64,000 nt of DNA from Mobula birostris (Eukaryota): assembly GCF_030028105.1 (NCBI RefSeq), contig NC_092375.1, forward strand, positions 44,801,130-44,865,129. Direction: 5' to 3'. Position 1 is the first letter of the stretch. Each line of letters opens with the position of its first letter. Under the pieces are notes generated by a model. The model was not told the DNA's origin. It saw nothing but the letters and a program-made list of their open reading frames with translations, and ran no database searches. Shown here piece by piece: positions 1 through 13,900 of this stretch. The position numbers were made by a program, and so were the translations under genes.

Positions 1-660
1 GTTCACCGATGACACGTCAGTGCTGAGGCTCACCACCAACAACAATGAGACGGCCTAGAGCAGAGGGTGAAGAGCTCAAGGCCTGGTGCCAGACAAATAG
101 CCTCTTCCTTAATGTCAGCAAGACTAAGGAGTTAGTCATCAGCTTCAGGAGAACTCGCATCCCATCACAACACCCTTTACATCGGTGACACAGCAGTGGA
201 AACAGCAAGCAGTTTCCAACTTCTGAGAGTTCACATCTCACGTAACCTCTCATTGTCCCAGGACATGAAAGCTCACCAGTTCCTCTACTTTCTGAACAGG
301 CTGAAGAGAGCTGGACTGTGTCCATCTATACTCACGCCATACGACAGATGCACAGTAAGAGCACGCTGACAAGCTGCCTCACTATTTGGTACGGTGCCTG
401 CACTACAACGGACTGGAAGGCTCTACAACAGCCAGTCAAAAGCGCCCAAAGCATCACTGGCACCAGTATACTCGCAATCAAGGACATGTATGCAGAAAGG
501 TGCCAGAAAAGGGCCAGTGACATCGTGAAGGATCCCACTCACCCTGTTCTTTGTCCCATTCCCATCAGGGAGGAGTCTAAGTAACACCCACACCAGGACC
601 ACCAGGTTCAAGAACAGTTACTTTCTCAAAGCAGTAAGACTGATCAACACTTGCACCCAC
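1..660 (+). mobile_element. Rex1/Babar-type LINE, degraded RT C-terminus and 3' end
   Basis: Translates to (K)[30 protein letters not shown] and AQSITG..CQKRASDIVKDPTHP; contains stops and frameshifts. Confidence 0.8.
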
Positions 661-1423
661 TAACTCCACCATCACATTATCATTTCCTGTCAGTCACTTT
701 TTCTACAGTCTAGCATCACTTTATAGGCATATAATCTAAGCGTACAATCTACCTTTTGTACCTATATTTACTGTATTTTTAATTATTATTGTGTTCCTCA
801 TCTTTTGTGGTTTTTTTGTGCCACGTAGGGTCCAAAATAACAATTATTTCATTCTCCTTTACACATGTACAGGAAATTACATTAACCAATCTTGAACATA
901 GCTATACCACTAATAAAAGTTAATTAGTATTTGATGTATTCCCAGTCTGTAAATAAATTAGAAGTGATGAATAAAAAGAAAACTAGAATAATTGCAAGAG
1001 ATTTCAACTACCTGAAATTAATTGTTAGAAGCACTGGCCAAAGAGCTAGGGGAAATCAAGTTCCTACAATAATTATAGGGCTCCTTTTCACCAGAAGACC
1101 AACAACTCTTTCAACTTGCGCAATCACCCCATTAGCAACTTAAACATCTTTGCTATCACAGGCCTTCCTTAACATGCATTCCTCCCCTCCCTCTGTCTGC
1201 ATCGTAAAGCCTTGTTCTCTAACTCTGTCCTGGTGTGATGAAAGGTCTTGACTGGAATATTGATTCTATTTTCATTTCTACACAGACGTTCCTTGTCTTG
1301 GTGAATATTATCAGTTTTTTTTTGCTTTTTTAATGTAAGAATTCTGGATGATTCACTATTGGATCACGCCACAGAGAATGAGGAGAAAACAGAAGTGAAA
1401 GTAAGTGAACATTTCAGCAATAG

Positions 1424-1701
1424 CAACACACACAAAATGCCAGAGGAACCCAGCAGCCCAGGCAGCACCTATGGAAAAAAGTACGGTCGACGTTTCGGGC
1501 CGAAACTCTTCAGCAGGACTTGAGAGAAAAAGTGGAGGAGTAGTTTTAAAAAGGTGGGGGGGGGGATGGGGGAGGAAGAGGTCATCCCTCCCCCTTCAGG
1601 TTTCACCTGTCACCTGGTGTTTCTCCCTCCCCTACCCCCACCTTTTAAAATCTATTCCTCAACTCAGATTTCCAGGATCTGCAGATTTTCTCTTGTTTGT
1701 G
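1424..1701 (-). mobile_element. PLE terminal-repeat-derived insertion with degenerate hammerhead motif
   Basis: Shares the caacacacacaaaatgc..gtcgacgtttcgggccg..caggact block with the PLE copies. Flanked by ATTTCAGCAATAG (1411-1423) and ATTTAAGCAATAG (1702-1714). Confidence 0.75.
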
Positions 1702-1749
1702 ATTTAAGCAATAGTGTCATTGTAAGCCCTTTAAGATAATTATGGAGGA

Positions 1750-3400
1750 CATAGGCAAGATAAAGACTGGAGAATACACAAGGCTGAGGGGATAAGAATA
1801 GAACCAGGTCGTAAACATGTAAAATATTATTAGCAAAGAATGAGATAGCACAACAATGGGGAGTATTTAAATTAGTCCAGGAAAATATACACTACTTGAA
1901 AAAACACGAGAAGAAACTATATTTCAATGAAGCACCACTGATGAATAAAGATGCAAGAGGAAATAAATTAGCAGATGGAAAGAGTCAAATTATATACATG
2001 AGCAGCAGGGAAGGGCATGACAAAACATCAGGAGAGAATTTTTAAAAAATCAATTAGGATGACAAAACAACAGCAAGGATTAAATTGTCAACAGATAAAA
2101 ATTCTAACAGTAGAAGATTCTCCAACATCAATAAATAAAGTTGCAATACCAATGAGACCCTTCCTTTGGTGTTTATCAGGGAAGATGATCAGCCAAAAAT
2201 GACATCAACACACAAGATTAAAATTACATAACTACATTTAAAATAAAAAGAGAAACATTAAATAAATTAGTCAAATAAAGAGAATCAAAGCCATAATCTG
2301 AACGGATTACTCTACTGTGTAAAAGGAATCCAGGGAACAGTTACCACAGCATAATTACACAAGTATAACCATTAGTTTAAAAAAGAGGGCCTAAACACTA
2401 GCTCGACTAATGTGATATTTGAAAACGGAAGTAGAGAAGGTCCAGGGAACAATAGTCCTATTAGCTTAATTTCAGTGATAGGCAAAGTCATGGAATTCCT
2501 TTGGAAGAACATTGAGGTGAAAGAATGATGATGATAGCTGGTTCTTTGCTTACAGGATCAGGAGGGAAAACTCTGTCACTGCAGGACTTTTCTTCTTGCA
2601 TGTGCTGCGTAGGTTTATAGTGAGGATTGGTGCGCGTAGACCGATTCCGCTCCTTCGGCTGGGGGACATTCCACAATGGCACAGCCAGCTGCGATGACTT
2701 TGGCAACCACAAGGCTGTAGGTTGAGTATTGGAGTTTTCCTTCTCCTAGACAGACTGCCTGGCAAGGCTAACAAGTCCCATCTACCTGGATTCGGAATCA
2801 AGAGTTGTCCTTCTCCTAGGCTGGCTGCCAACCAAGGCTGATGAGCCCAGCCAGTTATACCGCTGGACACTCTGTCACGCCATGACATGGCAAACTCAGT
2901 AAGAACAGGGACACCAGGTGAAAGCGTTGCTATGGACACAGTAGTTTAGGAGGGGCTGTACACCAGTAACCTCCTGCATGGCAACCTAAACAGTGGACCT
3001 GTGGCAATCACTAAACCTGGAAAGCAGAGACTACGGAAGATGCTTCACCTTCCTTAAGTGAGCAGGACATCCAGCCCAGGATTCACCCATCAGTGCTAAT
3101 TTCACAGCAGAGAATTAGACTCTACCTCAATGGATTCATTGAAAATGTAAACGAAGAGGAGGCTGCCACAGTCGTGTATTATCTAGATCTCCAATAGCTT
3201 CTGAAATGGTTCTACATTGAAACTAAAAAAGTAGTGCATGTGGCATTAGGGGGATATGAAGCAAATAGATAAAGGGTAAAAGGTAGAGGAAGACAAGACA
3301 GTGAGTGTTTTGACTTTGGAGTCATAAATATAATTGTTAAGTTCAGTGATGACACAACGCTATTGAGCTTAAGTCCCAGGTAAGGAGTGTAGCAGGATAT
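1750..3400 (+). mobile_element. Old CR1-type LINE fragments, interrupted by a probable RTE-derived element near 2530-2930
   Basis: Degenerate 'PGNxRPISLxSVIGKVME' near 2440-2495 and 'VVYLD' near 3170. Heavily decayed; boundaries approximate. Confidence 0.45.
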
Positions 3401-4499
3401 AAACCATCTTGCAAAGTAGGCATATAATTGGCACAAGTGAATTTCTACACATAGAGTCATAGAAAAATACAGCACAGAAACAGTCCCTTTGGCCCATCTA
3501 GTCCATGCCGACCCATTTAATCTGCCTAGTCCCATCGACCTGTACCTGTACCATAGCCCTCCATTGCTCTGCCATCCATATACGACTCATTTTCATTTCC
3601 TACTGAAAGGGGACTACTGATTATTTGTGGAATTGACCAGGAGGAATGAACAGATTTTGCAATACAAATACTCAAATCATAATCTCTGTCAAAAAGTGAA
3701 CTAAGTTTATATATTTATTTACTTCTGGGGAGACATAAATAGAGAAGTTATGCTAAACGCATATTGAAACTTAGATTACATTTCGTGCTCTATATACAAG
3801 TCCAATTGGAAAATAAATCCCCAAAATTGACTAGCTGTGTCAAATGGCCTATTTCTGTGCTTTCGAATGCTAAAGGGAACATCTGTTTTTCAAATATATA
3901 CAAGGATTTTGAATCTAAGAAACTAAAATTATTCTAAGAAAGATTTTGCTCATTCAAAGCATACCTTCATTAATTCCATGTTCAACTAAAATTCAAAAGC
4001 TTATGAAAGATGAGATTGAATAAGAGAGAAAAACAATGGTGTTCGATGATCCTGATGCAATAGCGAGGACAATGAAAAGAAACAAAGAGGTGCATCTGCA
4101 AAGCTCTCAGCAGCTTTACAATTTGCCAAAGTACTTTATCACCAATTAAATACTTCTTTAGAACTTGATTGCATTTACAGAAAGAACTAAATTTCTTTTA
4201 ACTCGGATGTCAAAAGTAGATGAAGATAGATCCAAAGCAAACATTTGCAAATGCTGGAAATCCAAACTAAAATACAAAATGTTGGAAACATTAGGTAGTC
4301 AGACATCATCTGTGGAAAGAGAAGCAGTTAACTTTTCCAAGTCAAAGATCCTTCATTATAACTGGGAAAGTGTGAAAACAATTGAGATGGAACTCTGTTT
4401 TAGATGTTGTGAGATTTCTCCACAGGCAGACCCAAAAAAGAGGGAGAATAATGAAGGAGGAAAAAATATTGGATCTGTTGAAATAGCTGCACTTGTTAC

Positions 4500-4913
4500 C
4501 TGATGTGAGGATGCGAAGGGTTGTTATTCCAGACTGACGACTTCCTTGGCAAACCCATTCATTCTGGGGACTCAGGATCCATTCGTCCACTTTGCAGAAG
4601 TAAACGCCACTGTCACTGGCTGCGGGATACCATATGATCAGCTTGTAGTTATTGTTGGAAACTTTTGCACTTTGGAATTTTAACTTCTGAAGATTTGTCT
4701 GGAAGCTGCTGTGGTACTGAAGGATGTTATTGCGATCAGTTTGCAGGAGCTTCTCCAGTGGGGCCTTGAAATCATTCTCATTTTGGAAGTACCATGCAAC
4801 TGAAAACTGTGAATGGGCCTGTGTCTGATTGATAATATTGCATTCCAGTTCAAGAACAACATTGTCAGTGATCGACACAGTTTTGTTACCATCGGAAACC
4901 TGTAGATTTGCAT
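4500..4913 (-). CDS. igsf3-like: Ig V-set domain 7 exon
   Basis: Acceptor TTTTGCAG|, donor |GTAACA, 414 nt. [29 protein letters not shown]. Confidence 0.9.
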
Positions 4914-7900
4914 CTGCAAAACCAACAAAAGACAAAAAAATCAGTGAAGCTTGACTTGCAGTAGTAGAAACTACACTGCATGTTGGGGTTAAATTTAAAG
5001 AGAATATAAATAAGTTAAAACACAATTATCTTCAGGGTTCAACTACAAGAACAGCTTTGAAAATCCTTACATAGACAATAGAATAGTACAGCACAAGAAC
5101 AGGCCATTCAGCCCACGATGTCTATGCTGAACATGATGCCAAATTAAACTAACCCCATCTGCCTACACATGATTCATACCATTCCATTCCCTGCACATTC
5201 CTATGCCTGTCTAAATGCCTCTTAAACATTGCTATGGCATCTACTGACAACACTTCAATTGGTAACTCATCCAATTAGGAAAATAATTAACTTCGGCATA
5301 AAAGGGAAATTTTCTGAATACTAGGATTTATCTTAGAAAGTCAGCTTAAAAGAACACTGCTATGATATCTCTAGCTTTAAGTTAGAAATCTAGTACAGTA
5401 CTTTCCAGACCAGTCAAGCATTAACCATGAGAATCACTAAAGATAAAGGATCATTCCTCTTGAATTTATGCTTATATTTTTCTCTTCTGAGGTCAGGAGT
5501 ACAATTTTCTCCTAGTTAGAGGGAAAGAAACCATGCATAGTCTTAAAATCAGAGACATCAGTTTAAGTCAAGAGAAATTTACTAAAAACTTGCTTACCTG
5601 GTGTATGTACTTGAACATACGTTAATGCTGAAGCAGCCTCCCCCACTTGATACCAAACATAATTGGGGTCCAAAAGCCATTCTGTGACACTGCAATAGTA
5701 ATTCCCTTCATCGGTTACATCAGCTTTCTCTATAATTAATTTGTAAAGATCATTTGAAGGCTTCTCAATCCGGAACTTCATCCTCTTTTGATCATTTGTA
5801 CGCAACTCACCATAGTACTGAATGATATTATTGCGATTAATGTTCAGAAGAGCTTCCCCTTTTTCTCCCTGTGACTTACTGAAGAACCAGGTAACGGAGA
5901 ACTGAGAATCATTCTGTGTTTGAGCAAAAATTCTACAATCGATCTCAATGATGTTACTAATCCTCTTTTGTATCCTTGCAACTTGCTTCTCCAGTTGCAA
6001 GAGGCTTACTACAAAAATAGAAAATATTATATCAATATAAATTTCTTTATATTTCTTTGCACCATTTTAGCTCATGGCAAATCACAATAAAATAAATTCA
6101 TATTGTTCCAGTTGCAAAACAGAGAAGAGCAATAATAAGTTTTCAACTTATCAGGGTATAAACCTAGGACAAAGACTAATCACAATCGGTAATAACAGAG
6201 GAGACAGGAAGCTAGTTATTCTGTTTCGCTGACGATTCAATGATAGGGACCATTCCAATCATTGCAGTTGAAATCATTAGATTATAAAGAAAGAACCAAA
6301 TATGAAAAAATTCTATTATTTTATCTTTTATTTGGAATAATAAAAGACCAAGAATTAGTAAGCGTCATTTACAAAAATTGAAAAAGGATGGAGGTCTTGT
6401 TTTGCCTAATTTTAGAATGTATTATTGGGCTGTTAATCTGCGATATATGTCTTTTTGGTTATACTGGGTTGATAAGACCGATCGGCCAATTTGGGTAGAT
6501 CTGGAACTAAAAGTTGTAAAACAGTTTTATTTAACTTTGTTATTGGGGGCTCCTTTACCTATGCAATTAGGTAAAGTTCTTAATTTAAACTTATATCCTG
6601 TGATTAAGAACTCCTTACAAACTTGGCTCCAGTTCCGCAATTCTTTTAATCTTACAAAATTTAAACTTTGTAGTTTAATTTACTGAAATTACTTTTTTAA
6701 GCCTTCTTTGAGTGATCCAATTTTTCTACTTTGGAAAAATAAAGGTATTAATTCTTTTTTGGATTTGTTTAAACAAGATAGATTGATGTCCTTTGAACAA
6801 TTAACTGATAAATATTCTCTTTCATATTCACACTTTTTGCAATACCTTCAAGTTAGACATTTTTTACAAAAATATTTAAATAATTTCCCTTACATATTGG
6901 AGGCTGACCTGTTAGATACTATTATGAGTATGAATCCTTTGATTAAGGGGTCTATTGGAAGAATTTATAATTTATTATTACAATGGGATAAGCGTCCTTT
7001 GTCTAAGATTAAACAGGATTGGAAAAGGAACTTAATTTGACTTCTATGACGGAGGATTGGATGCGGATATTGAAGTTGGTTAACTCTTCTTCAATTTGTG
7101 CTAGCCATTCATTGATTCAATTTAAGATTGTACATTGTTATCATTTGACAAAGGAGAGACTTTCTAAAATTTTTCCTAATGTTGATAGTCATTGTGATAG
7201 ATATAAAACTGAGATAGCTACACTGACACATATGTTTTGGTCTTGTTCTATATTGGAACAGTTCTGGAAATCGGTTTTCTCAACAATTTCTAAAGCACTT
7301 AAAATTAATTTACAACCTAATAAATTAACTGTGCTTTTTGGAATAATTCCTCAAAATATTCATGGTATTTCTGTGTCTGACCAACATGTTATTGCATTTG
7401 TTACATTGATAGCTAGGAGGGCCATTTTGTTGAAGTGGAAGGATACATCAGCTCCCACTTTGTCACAATGGTTCTCTCAAGTGATGCTATGTCTTAGTTT
7501 GGAGAAAATTAGAAGTCGAACCTTTGAACCTTTATTTGATTTTGAGAAAAGATGGGGCTCATTTGCTCGTTATTATCATTTGAGTTAATTGATATAATTT
7601 TTCCATGATCTAATTGTAAACTCTTTTAGTGTATTTTCTTTTCTTGCTGGCGGTTTTATGTTTATTTTTAGAAGCTTTTTGTATGACGCATGGCTCCGGG
7701 GTTGTACAGCTAATGGGTTCTCTTTTTTTTTCACGTTCCTGCTTAGTAGGTTTTTGTTGTTATCACAAAATTTTGTTTTCAATCTTTAAGATGATGGTTT
7801 TTTTTTGAGGCATTGTAAGTGTTGTTACTTCGATGTACTCATGTTATTTTTCCTATATATATACAATAAAAAGATTTGAAAAGAAAGAAAAAATCTGGCA

Positions 7901-10900
7901 AACTGGACCTTAATGCAGATCACAGAGAGTCTTGTCATCTATTGCACTGATCTAGAATTATCAATCATGCTCACATCGTGCAACTCTGCCATGGATGGTC
8001 CCAAGCCCGACTGCCAAAGGAGGAGGGTTGGACGTGGGAAGAGCAACCCCATCCCATAAAAACCCAGAACTACATAAACACCAACAGAAGCTCTAAAGAC
8101 CTCATCCCTGGAAATGGAAGGATCTTTGAAGATGGGCTACCACTGGGCACAACTTGAAATTCTGGCCCAGAATAGAGCACTCTGGCGAGCAGCTGTCAGC
8201 AATCAGTGCACCAGCAGGGGTGATGGGGGCTCACATTGTGCAGTATCATTATACAGTATAATTTTCAAATTCTATTTCTGTTACTTGCAATAAATAGTAA
8301 GCTAGACTATGAACAACGTAAAGACTGAAAACAACCATTACCTTACCTGGGGGTCTAACTATCACTTGCAGGATATTTGACGTTGCACTAGCTTTCATGA
8401 CCCATTGATCTGCATGGGGCCTTTGCCATAATTCTGCATTACATAAAAACTTCCCAGCTTCCAGCTCGCTGGCTCTAGAGACACGCAGCCGGACAGAATT
8501 GGATGCTGTTTTTGTTACTATCATTTTCCCTTTGAAATTCACTCCCTCCTCTCCCCACGTAATCGCAGTGTCACGGTTGAAAGTAACAAGGTGGAAGCTG
8601 TCATTCGAATTAGTAGGTTGGAATTTCCAGGATATGGTTGTTGGCAGATGACTGAGGCTTAAAGGCCGAATTATACACTGGAGTTCAAATGTACCATAAT
8701 ATGTTGCAGTTGGTGTGCGGGTCACAGCAGTAACTTTAAAGATGCTACCTGTAAACATTAAAAAAGATAAATTATTGGAGATGTTGAAAACACTTAGTGG
8801 ATCCTAAACTGAACTGGTCCAAAGTAAAGCAGGTGCTTCCAAAGTGGACAATAACTGTTTAAGATACCATGACATTGGTTTCCTTGGTTCAGAACTTACT
8901 GAAGCAGCAAGCCACCCTACCTGACCAGTGAAGAGAGGCCCCACTACCTCGTGCAGATTTTGAAAAGTCAATCTGCCAAGAAAATATGACGATGACCCTG
9001 GTGCTCAGCCAATGCTGGTAACTCAACAAATGCCATGACTACATGAGGAATTCTGCAGATGCTGGAAATTCAAGCAACACACATCAAAGTTGCTGGTGAA
9101 CGCAGCAGGCCAGGCAGATCTATAGGAAGAGGTACAGCCGATGTTTCGGGCCGAGACCCTTATGCCGTGACTGAAGTTTTGAGAACAAGCCCTTCCAACA
9201 AAAACACTGAAGCGATTTTGACTGCAGCAACAAACAATCCACCTAGCGTATTCAGTGGGTGGAGCACCAGTGGGGGGAGGGGGTTTGCGTGGAATGCATT
9301 GTTGATGTTTCACATTGAAACCCTGGATCAGGACTAAAAGCAAAGGGAGAAGATAGCTATTAGAAGGAGGAGAGGGGGAGGGATGAGAAGCTTTGACGGC
9401 CTGGTTGTTGATCTAAACTTATGGCTTAACCAACCATTAAAGCAGCAAAAAAATTGCATTCCAAATAAAACAGTAATCAAGAGTTTATTTTTAAAGCTAT
9501 TAAAATATGATTTACTGAAAACATAAAAGCATTTAAAAAGATTTAAAATACCTCAAACAATTTAAGAAAATAATACCCTTTTCTTCATCCCTCGCTGCTG
9601 TTCTCATTGAAATCAGAGGGATCTCCGTGTCAGGTCCAACCTGGTGTAGATGTACAGGTTGGATTCTGCAGAACAAGTGCTGAGATTTGCCAATCTACTC
9701 ACTCCTTGTGTCGACATACAATCAGTGACAACAGTTTGCAGTGTTTGCACTAATTTTCTTCAAAATTTTACACTTCCTGGTACTTGCCACACAAGATCAA
9801 ACCCATTGTAAATTAGATGTTTGAAATAGGTTTCTGATTTTGATGTTATTTTTCCTGCTAGTGGTTTAATTTAACATCTTTTCTAAATAAATCAATAATT
9901 TCTGTAACACAGGACAAGATACATCACAAAGTGAATCTCCCATTTTAACCATAGCTGAATGAGCGCATGGGGATGCAGAAACTTTAATCAATGAATTCTG
10001 CAATTTCACCCCAACAAACTTTCACTTCCTTAACTGAGTAATTACCTGTTAAAATGCACATAAAGCCTAATAAAGATTTTTTCTGTGTTAAAAAATGTAT
10101 TATTCATTTTCTACCAACAATATCAATTACTTAACCTGATTTCCCAAAGCTAGTGAAATTCTTATTTTTCAGTGTAGCACCGTCTGCCTCAGCCACATAC
10201 AAATTTTACCCAATTAAAAAAAGCATTCTAGGCCCAGCTGAAAGCCCAGCAATTCATTTTGTTATAATCAACTATCATAGATATGAGATACGGAATTGCT
10301 TACCAAGAGATTTAATAGCCACTGCCTTATCACTGCTTTCGTACTCTCCAATTAAACGCCAGTTTTGGTTGGACTTTACTTCCCACTCCGTAACTTTGCA
10401 AGAATACAGTCCTTCATCTGAAGTGCGTGCATTATAAATTCCCAAAGTGAAAACACCCGATCCCACTCTTGCCATCCTGACGTCACCATGAATGAGGTGC
10501 TCACGATAGGGTTCTGCAGCAACTTGAACACCATTCCTGTTCATTTCGATTATGTCACTCTTTATGTTCTGTTTGTTTCTGAACTGCCAAACAATAGAGA
10601 GCTGGCCATGGCCTGCTGCTTCTGAATGAATATTGCAGGCAAACTGAAGAAAGGCACCCTCCAAAATTTCAGTGGTATTACTGGTGATCGCCACATTAAG
10701 ATTGGCTTCTGTGAAAGAACAGAGGATGATGCTAATGTTTGCAGTACTTCAGACAATGAATACTCGATAGAGTAAAACAAATCCCAAGATTTTATTGAAA
10801 ATGTTAGATAACATAAAGATCAAAATATTACTTACTTTATCACTGATATATCACCAACATCCAATTTATAATAAAATACATACATTTGTGTCTCTTTTAC

Positions 10901-13900
10901 TGTTACTCAGGTATTGAATAACAGTTCAATAAATAGGTGAAGGAGGATTAAGAACAACAGTAAAGAAGGCATCAGGTATCTCTCCCATTGATGAATTATC
11001 ACACCCTCTCCATGAACTGTTTGTTCTTCTGCCATCAGGCAAACATTACTGGAGCATCAAAACTAAAACCACAAGGCTACTAAACAGCTTCCTCCCACAG
11101 GCAGTTAGACTGCTAAATAGCTGCTCCACCTGACTCTGCTTTGGACACTTTTAACTTGCACTGGACACTTATAACTTGATTTTAACTGACATGTGGCTGT
11201 TCTGTTTTACTATTTATTGTTATGTTTATTATTTAGTGTTGCGTTTGTTATGTTATGATTGCACTGCTCCTGGGAAACGCTGTCTCATTCTGCCCTGCAG
11301 AGCTGATGTACGGGCAGAATGACAATAAAGTTTTTTTTTGAATTGAATTGAATTGAATAAACATTTTACCATCTACCAAAGAACACAAGATGTTGTTATA
11401 CTGTATATTTCAACTTTGTAGAAATTCTAAAGATTGCCAAAAGTGTAACTTTATTTCCACAGTCTGCATTAAAGCCAGGTAGCACTGAATAGATGTTGGT
11501 CTCTCCCTGTTGGACCCCTGTACATCTGCGTAATAATTGTCACAACCCCTGTTGTGACATGCCGCTGGTTTATTAAAGGAGAGCAGCAGCAATTTATCTT
11601 TAGTGGTTTGTACTTCTCAAAGTGAGAGAAAGTAAAAAATCATCTTATACATGTCCACCAACCTTTCATGGTCCCAGAAAACAATCAAGAAAGCCCATCA
11701 ACTGCCTCTGCTTTCTGAGGAGGCTGAAGAGAGCTCAACTGTGCACATCAATACTCATGGCCTTCTACAGATGCACAGTAGAGAGCATCCTAGCATGTTG
11801 CATCATAATACGGCATGGAAACCGTACTGCAGCTGACAGGAGGGCCCTACATCGAGTAATTAAAACTGCCCAATGCACCAGCGTCACCAGCCTACCCACC
11901 ATCAAGGACATATATACAGAAGGATGTCAGGAACATCATGAGGGATGCAAACAACAGGAATTCTGCAGATGCTGGAAATTCAAGCAACACACATCAAAGT
12001 TGCCGGTGAATGCAGCAGGCCAGGCAGCATCTCTAGGAAGAGGTACAGTCGACGTTTCAGGCCGAGACCCTTCGTCAGGACTAACAGCTAACAACTAACA
12101 GTTAGTCCTGACAAAGGGTCTCGGCCTGAAACTTCGACTGTACCTCTTCCTAGAGATGCTGCCTGGCCTGCTGCGTTCACCAGCAACTTTGATGTGTGTT
12201 ACATCATGAAGGATTCCATGCACCCTGCTTATGGACTGTTCGTCCGACTCCCATCAGGGAGATGGCTATGTAGCATCCACGCACCAGACAGAAAAACAAT
12301 TACTTTCCCATGCAGCAAGGCTGATCAATATCTCCACTCACTAACCCACCCCTCCACACTCCCACCACCACTATTTCATCATTTCCTGTCAGAGTCCCCC
12401 TATGTGCAAACACTGCTGTTCCTATGTCACTTTATGGACATACAATTAATCTATATATAAGCTATTAATGTACATTAATTATGTTTTTGTTACTGTTTGC
12501 TTTCTCTTACTGTGTTTTTTGTGCTGCATCAAATCACTTCATTCTCCTTTACGCTTGTGTCATGGCACATACATTAAGTAATCTTGAAATGCTATCAAAT
12601 ACTCCCAACTGAGCTTTGAGTGAATTAAGTCCAATTTTAAGGCTTTTTCAGTAGACCCTTAACTCTAACCTTATCAAATCATCAGCTGTGAGAACCCAAG
12701 AACATCGAGCAATTTTTCTTTTTGCCTCATTGGGCAAGGTGGATGCATAATCCATTGCTTCTATATGGTCATTGACTGGAGATCTTATTAGGATCAAGAT
12801 GTGTTTTTTCTTATACTGTATCCTAATCACTACAAAAATAAGAAAAACGATGTTAATTTCCATGCTTCATACCTGGCCGTTGAACAGTGATTTCAATCTC
12901 TTTGGACTTCTTGGAAGAGAACGCTCCTGACGCGGCTGCCTCACTCTCCTCCACGAGGCAGTGATATTTCCCACTGTCATCCACTTGAACCTGATAAAGT
13001 TTCAGAACGTATTCCCCTTCAGTTTTCTTTCTGACAGCCACCATTCCAGAATTTTCTCTCGTTCCATATTCTCCATGAAAAGACAGAACTGCATTTGGTC
13101 CAATACGAACCATCTCATTATTGTTCAAGAACCAGGTCACTGAGAAGAAACGCTGTGCAGTATTCTGAGCTTCAACTGTACAGGCTATTTCCAGTGAGCC
13201 TCCTACATTAATATTGACATTGGCTGCTTTAATTAGAACAAGAAACTCTTTACCTGCAAGGAAATTAAATGAATGCGGGTTAGTATATTGAATGTGGCCA
13301 AAAGCAAAGTGAGTAAATTTGCCATAACTTTAGTTTGATGGAAGACCAACATTTCACTGCCAAATTTGAGTATGGTGAAAATGGGACCAAATGTAACCAA
13401 CATAAGCATTCAGAGTCATGGTTTATGGTGTTCCATGGACCAGAAAGAACGGGACTATTTGTAGCCCATGATGTGCAAAAGGGTCAGAAACAGGCTCTTT
13501 GGCCCATCATGTCCATGCCAGCTATCAAACACTGCCAATAATAATCCCATTTACCAGCACTCCTTGAAGCATTCTGGATTAGTTTTAGAAGGAATGATGG
13601 AGACTATTAAGGTATATAAAACTTTACTGGGGTCCACAGGGACTCTTATTAGCTCATACAGGTGCCTCTTCATAAATAAGTTCTGTTGCATTTCAGTCAC
13701 TTCTAGTCCACAGATAAATTCAAATTAATCCAATACTCATCGTTGTTTGACTAGAAATAGTGAGGTATTATAAGCAGCATATTTTAATCATAGAGGGGGA
13801 GAACAGAACTTGGAGACAGACTTAGGGATCAAAAAGGCAAAGAAGGAATGGATGCAAATTTTAAACATTGCAATCTTCTGTCATCTCTCCCATCAAAATG

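Larger units (their letters stand above)
11640..12590 (+). mobile_element. Rex1/Babar-type LINE 3' fragment interrupted by a PLE hairpin
   Basis: [31 protein letters not shown]; continues after 12200 as [20 protein letters not shown]. Confidence 0.8.

Noticed and set aside
3960-4110. Candidate transmembrane exon after Ig domain 7 (acceptor-like CTTTGCAG near 4095)
   Set aside because: The phase-1 frame gives a non-hydrophobic peptide ending in a stop; the hydrophobic frame is out of phase.
9023-9343. Recurrent small ORFs such as [19 protein letters not shown] / CCLNFQHLQ (also 18986, 21628, 54590)
   Set aside because: They recur only because they are translations of the PLE terminal repeat; the conserved feature is the RNA motif, not a peptide.
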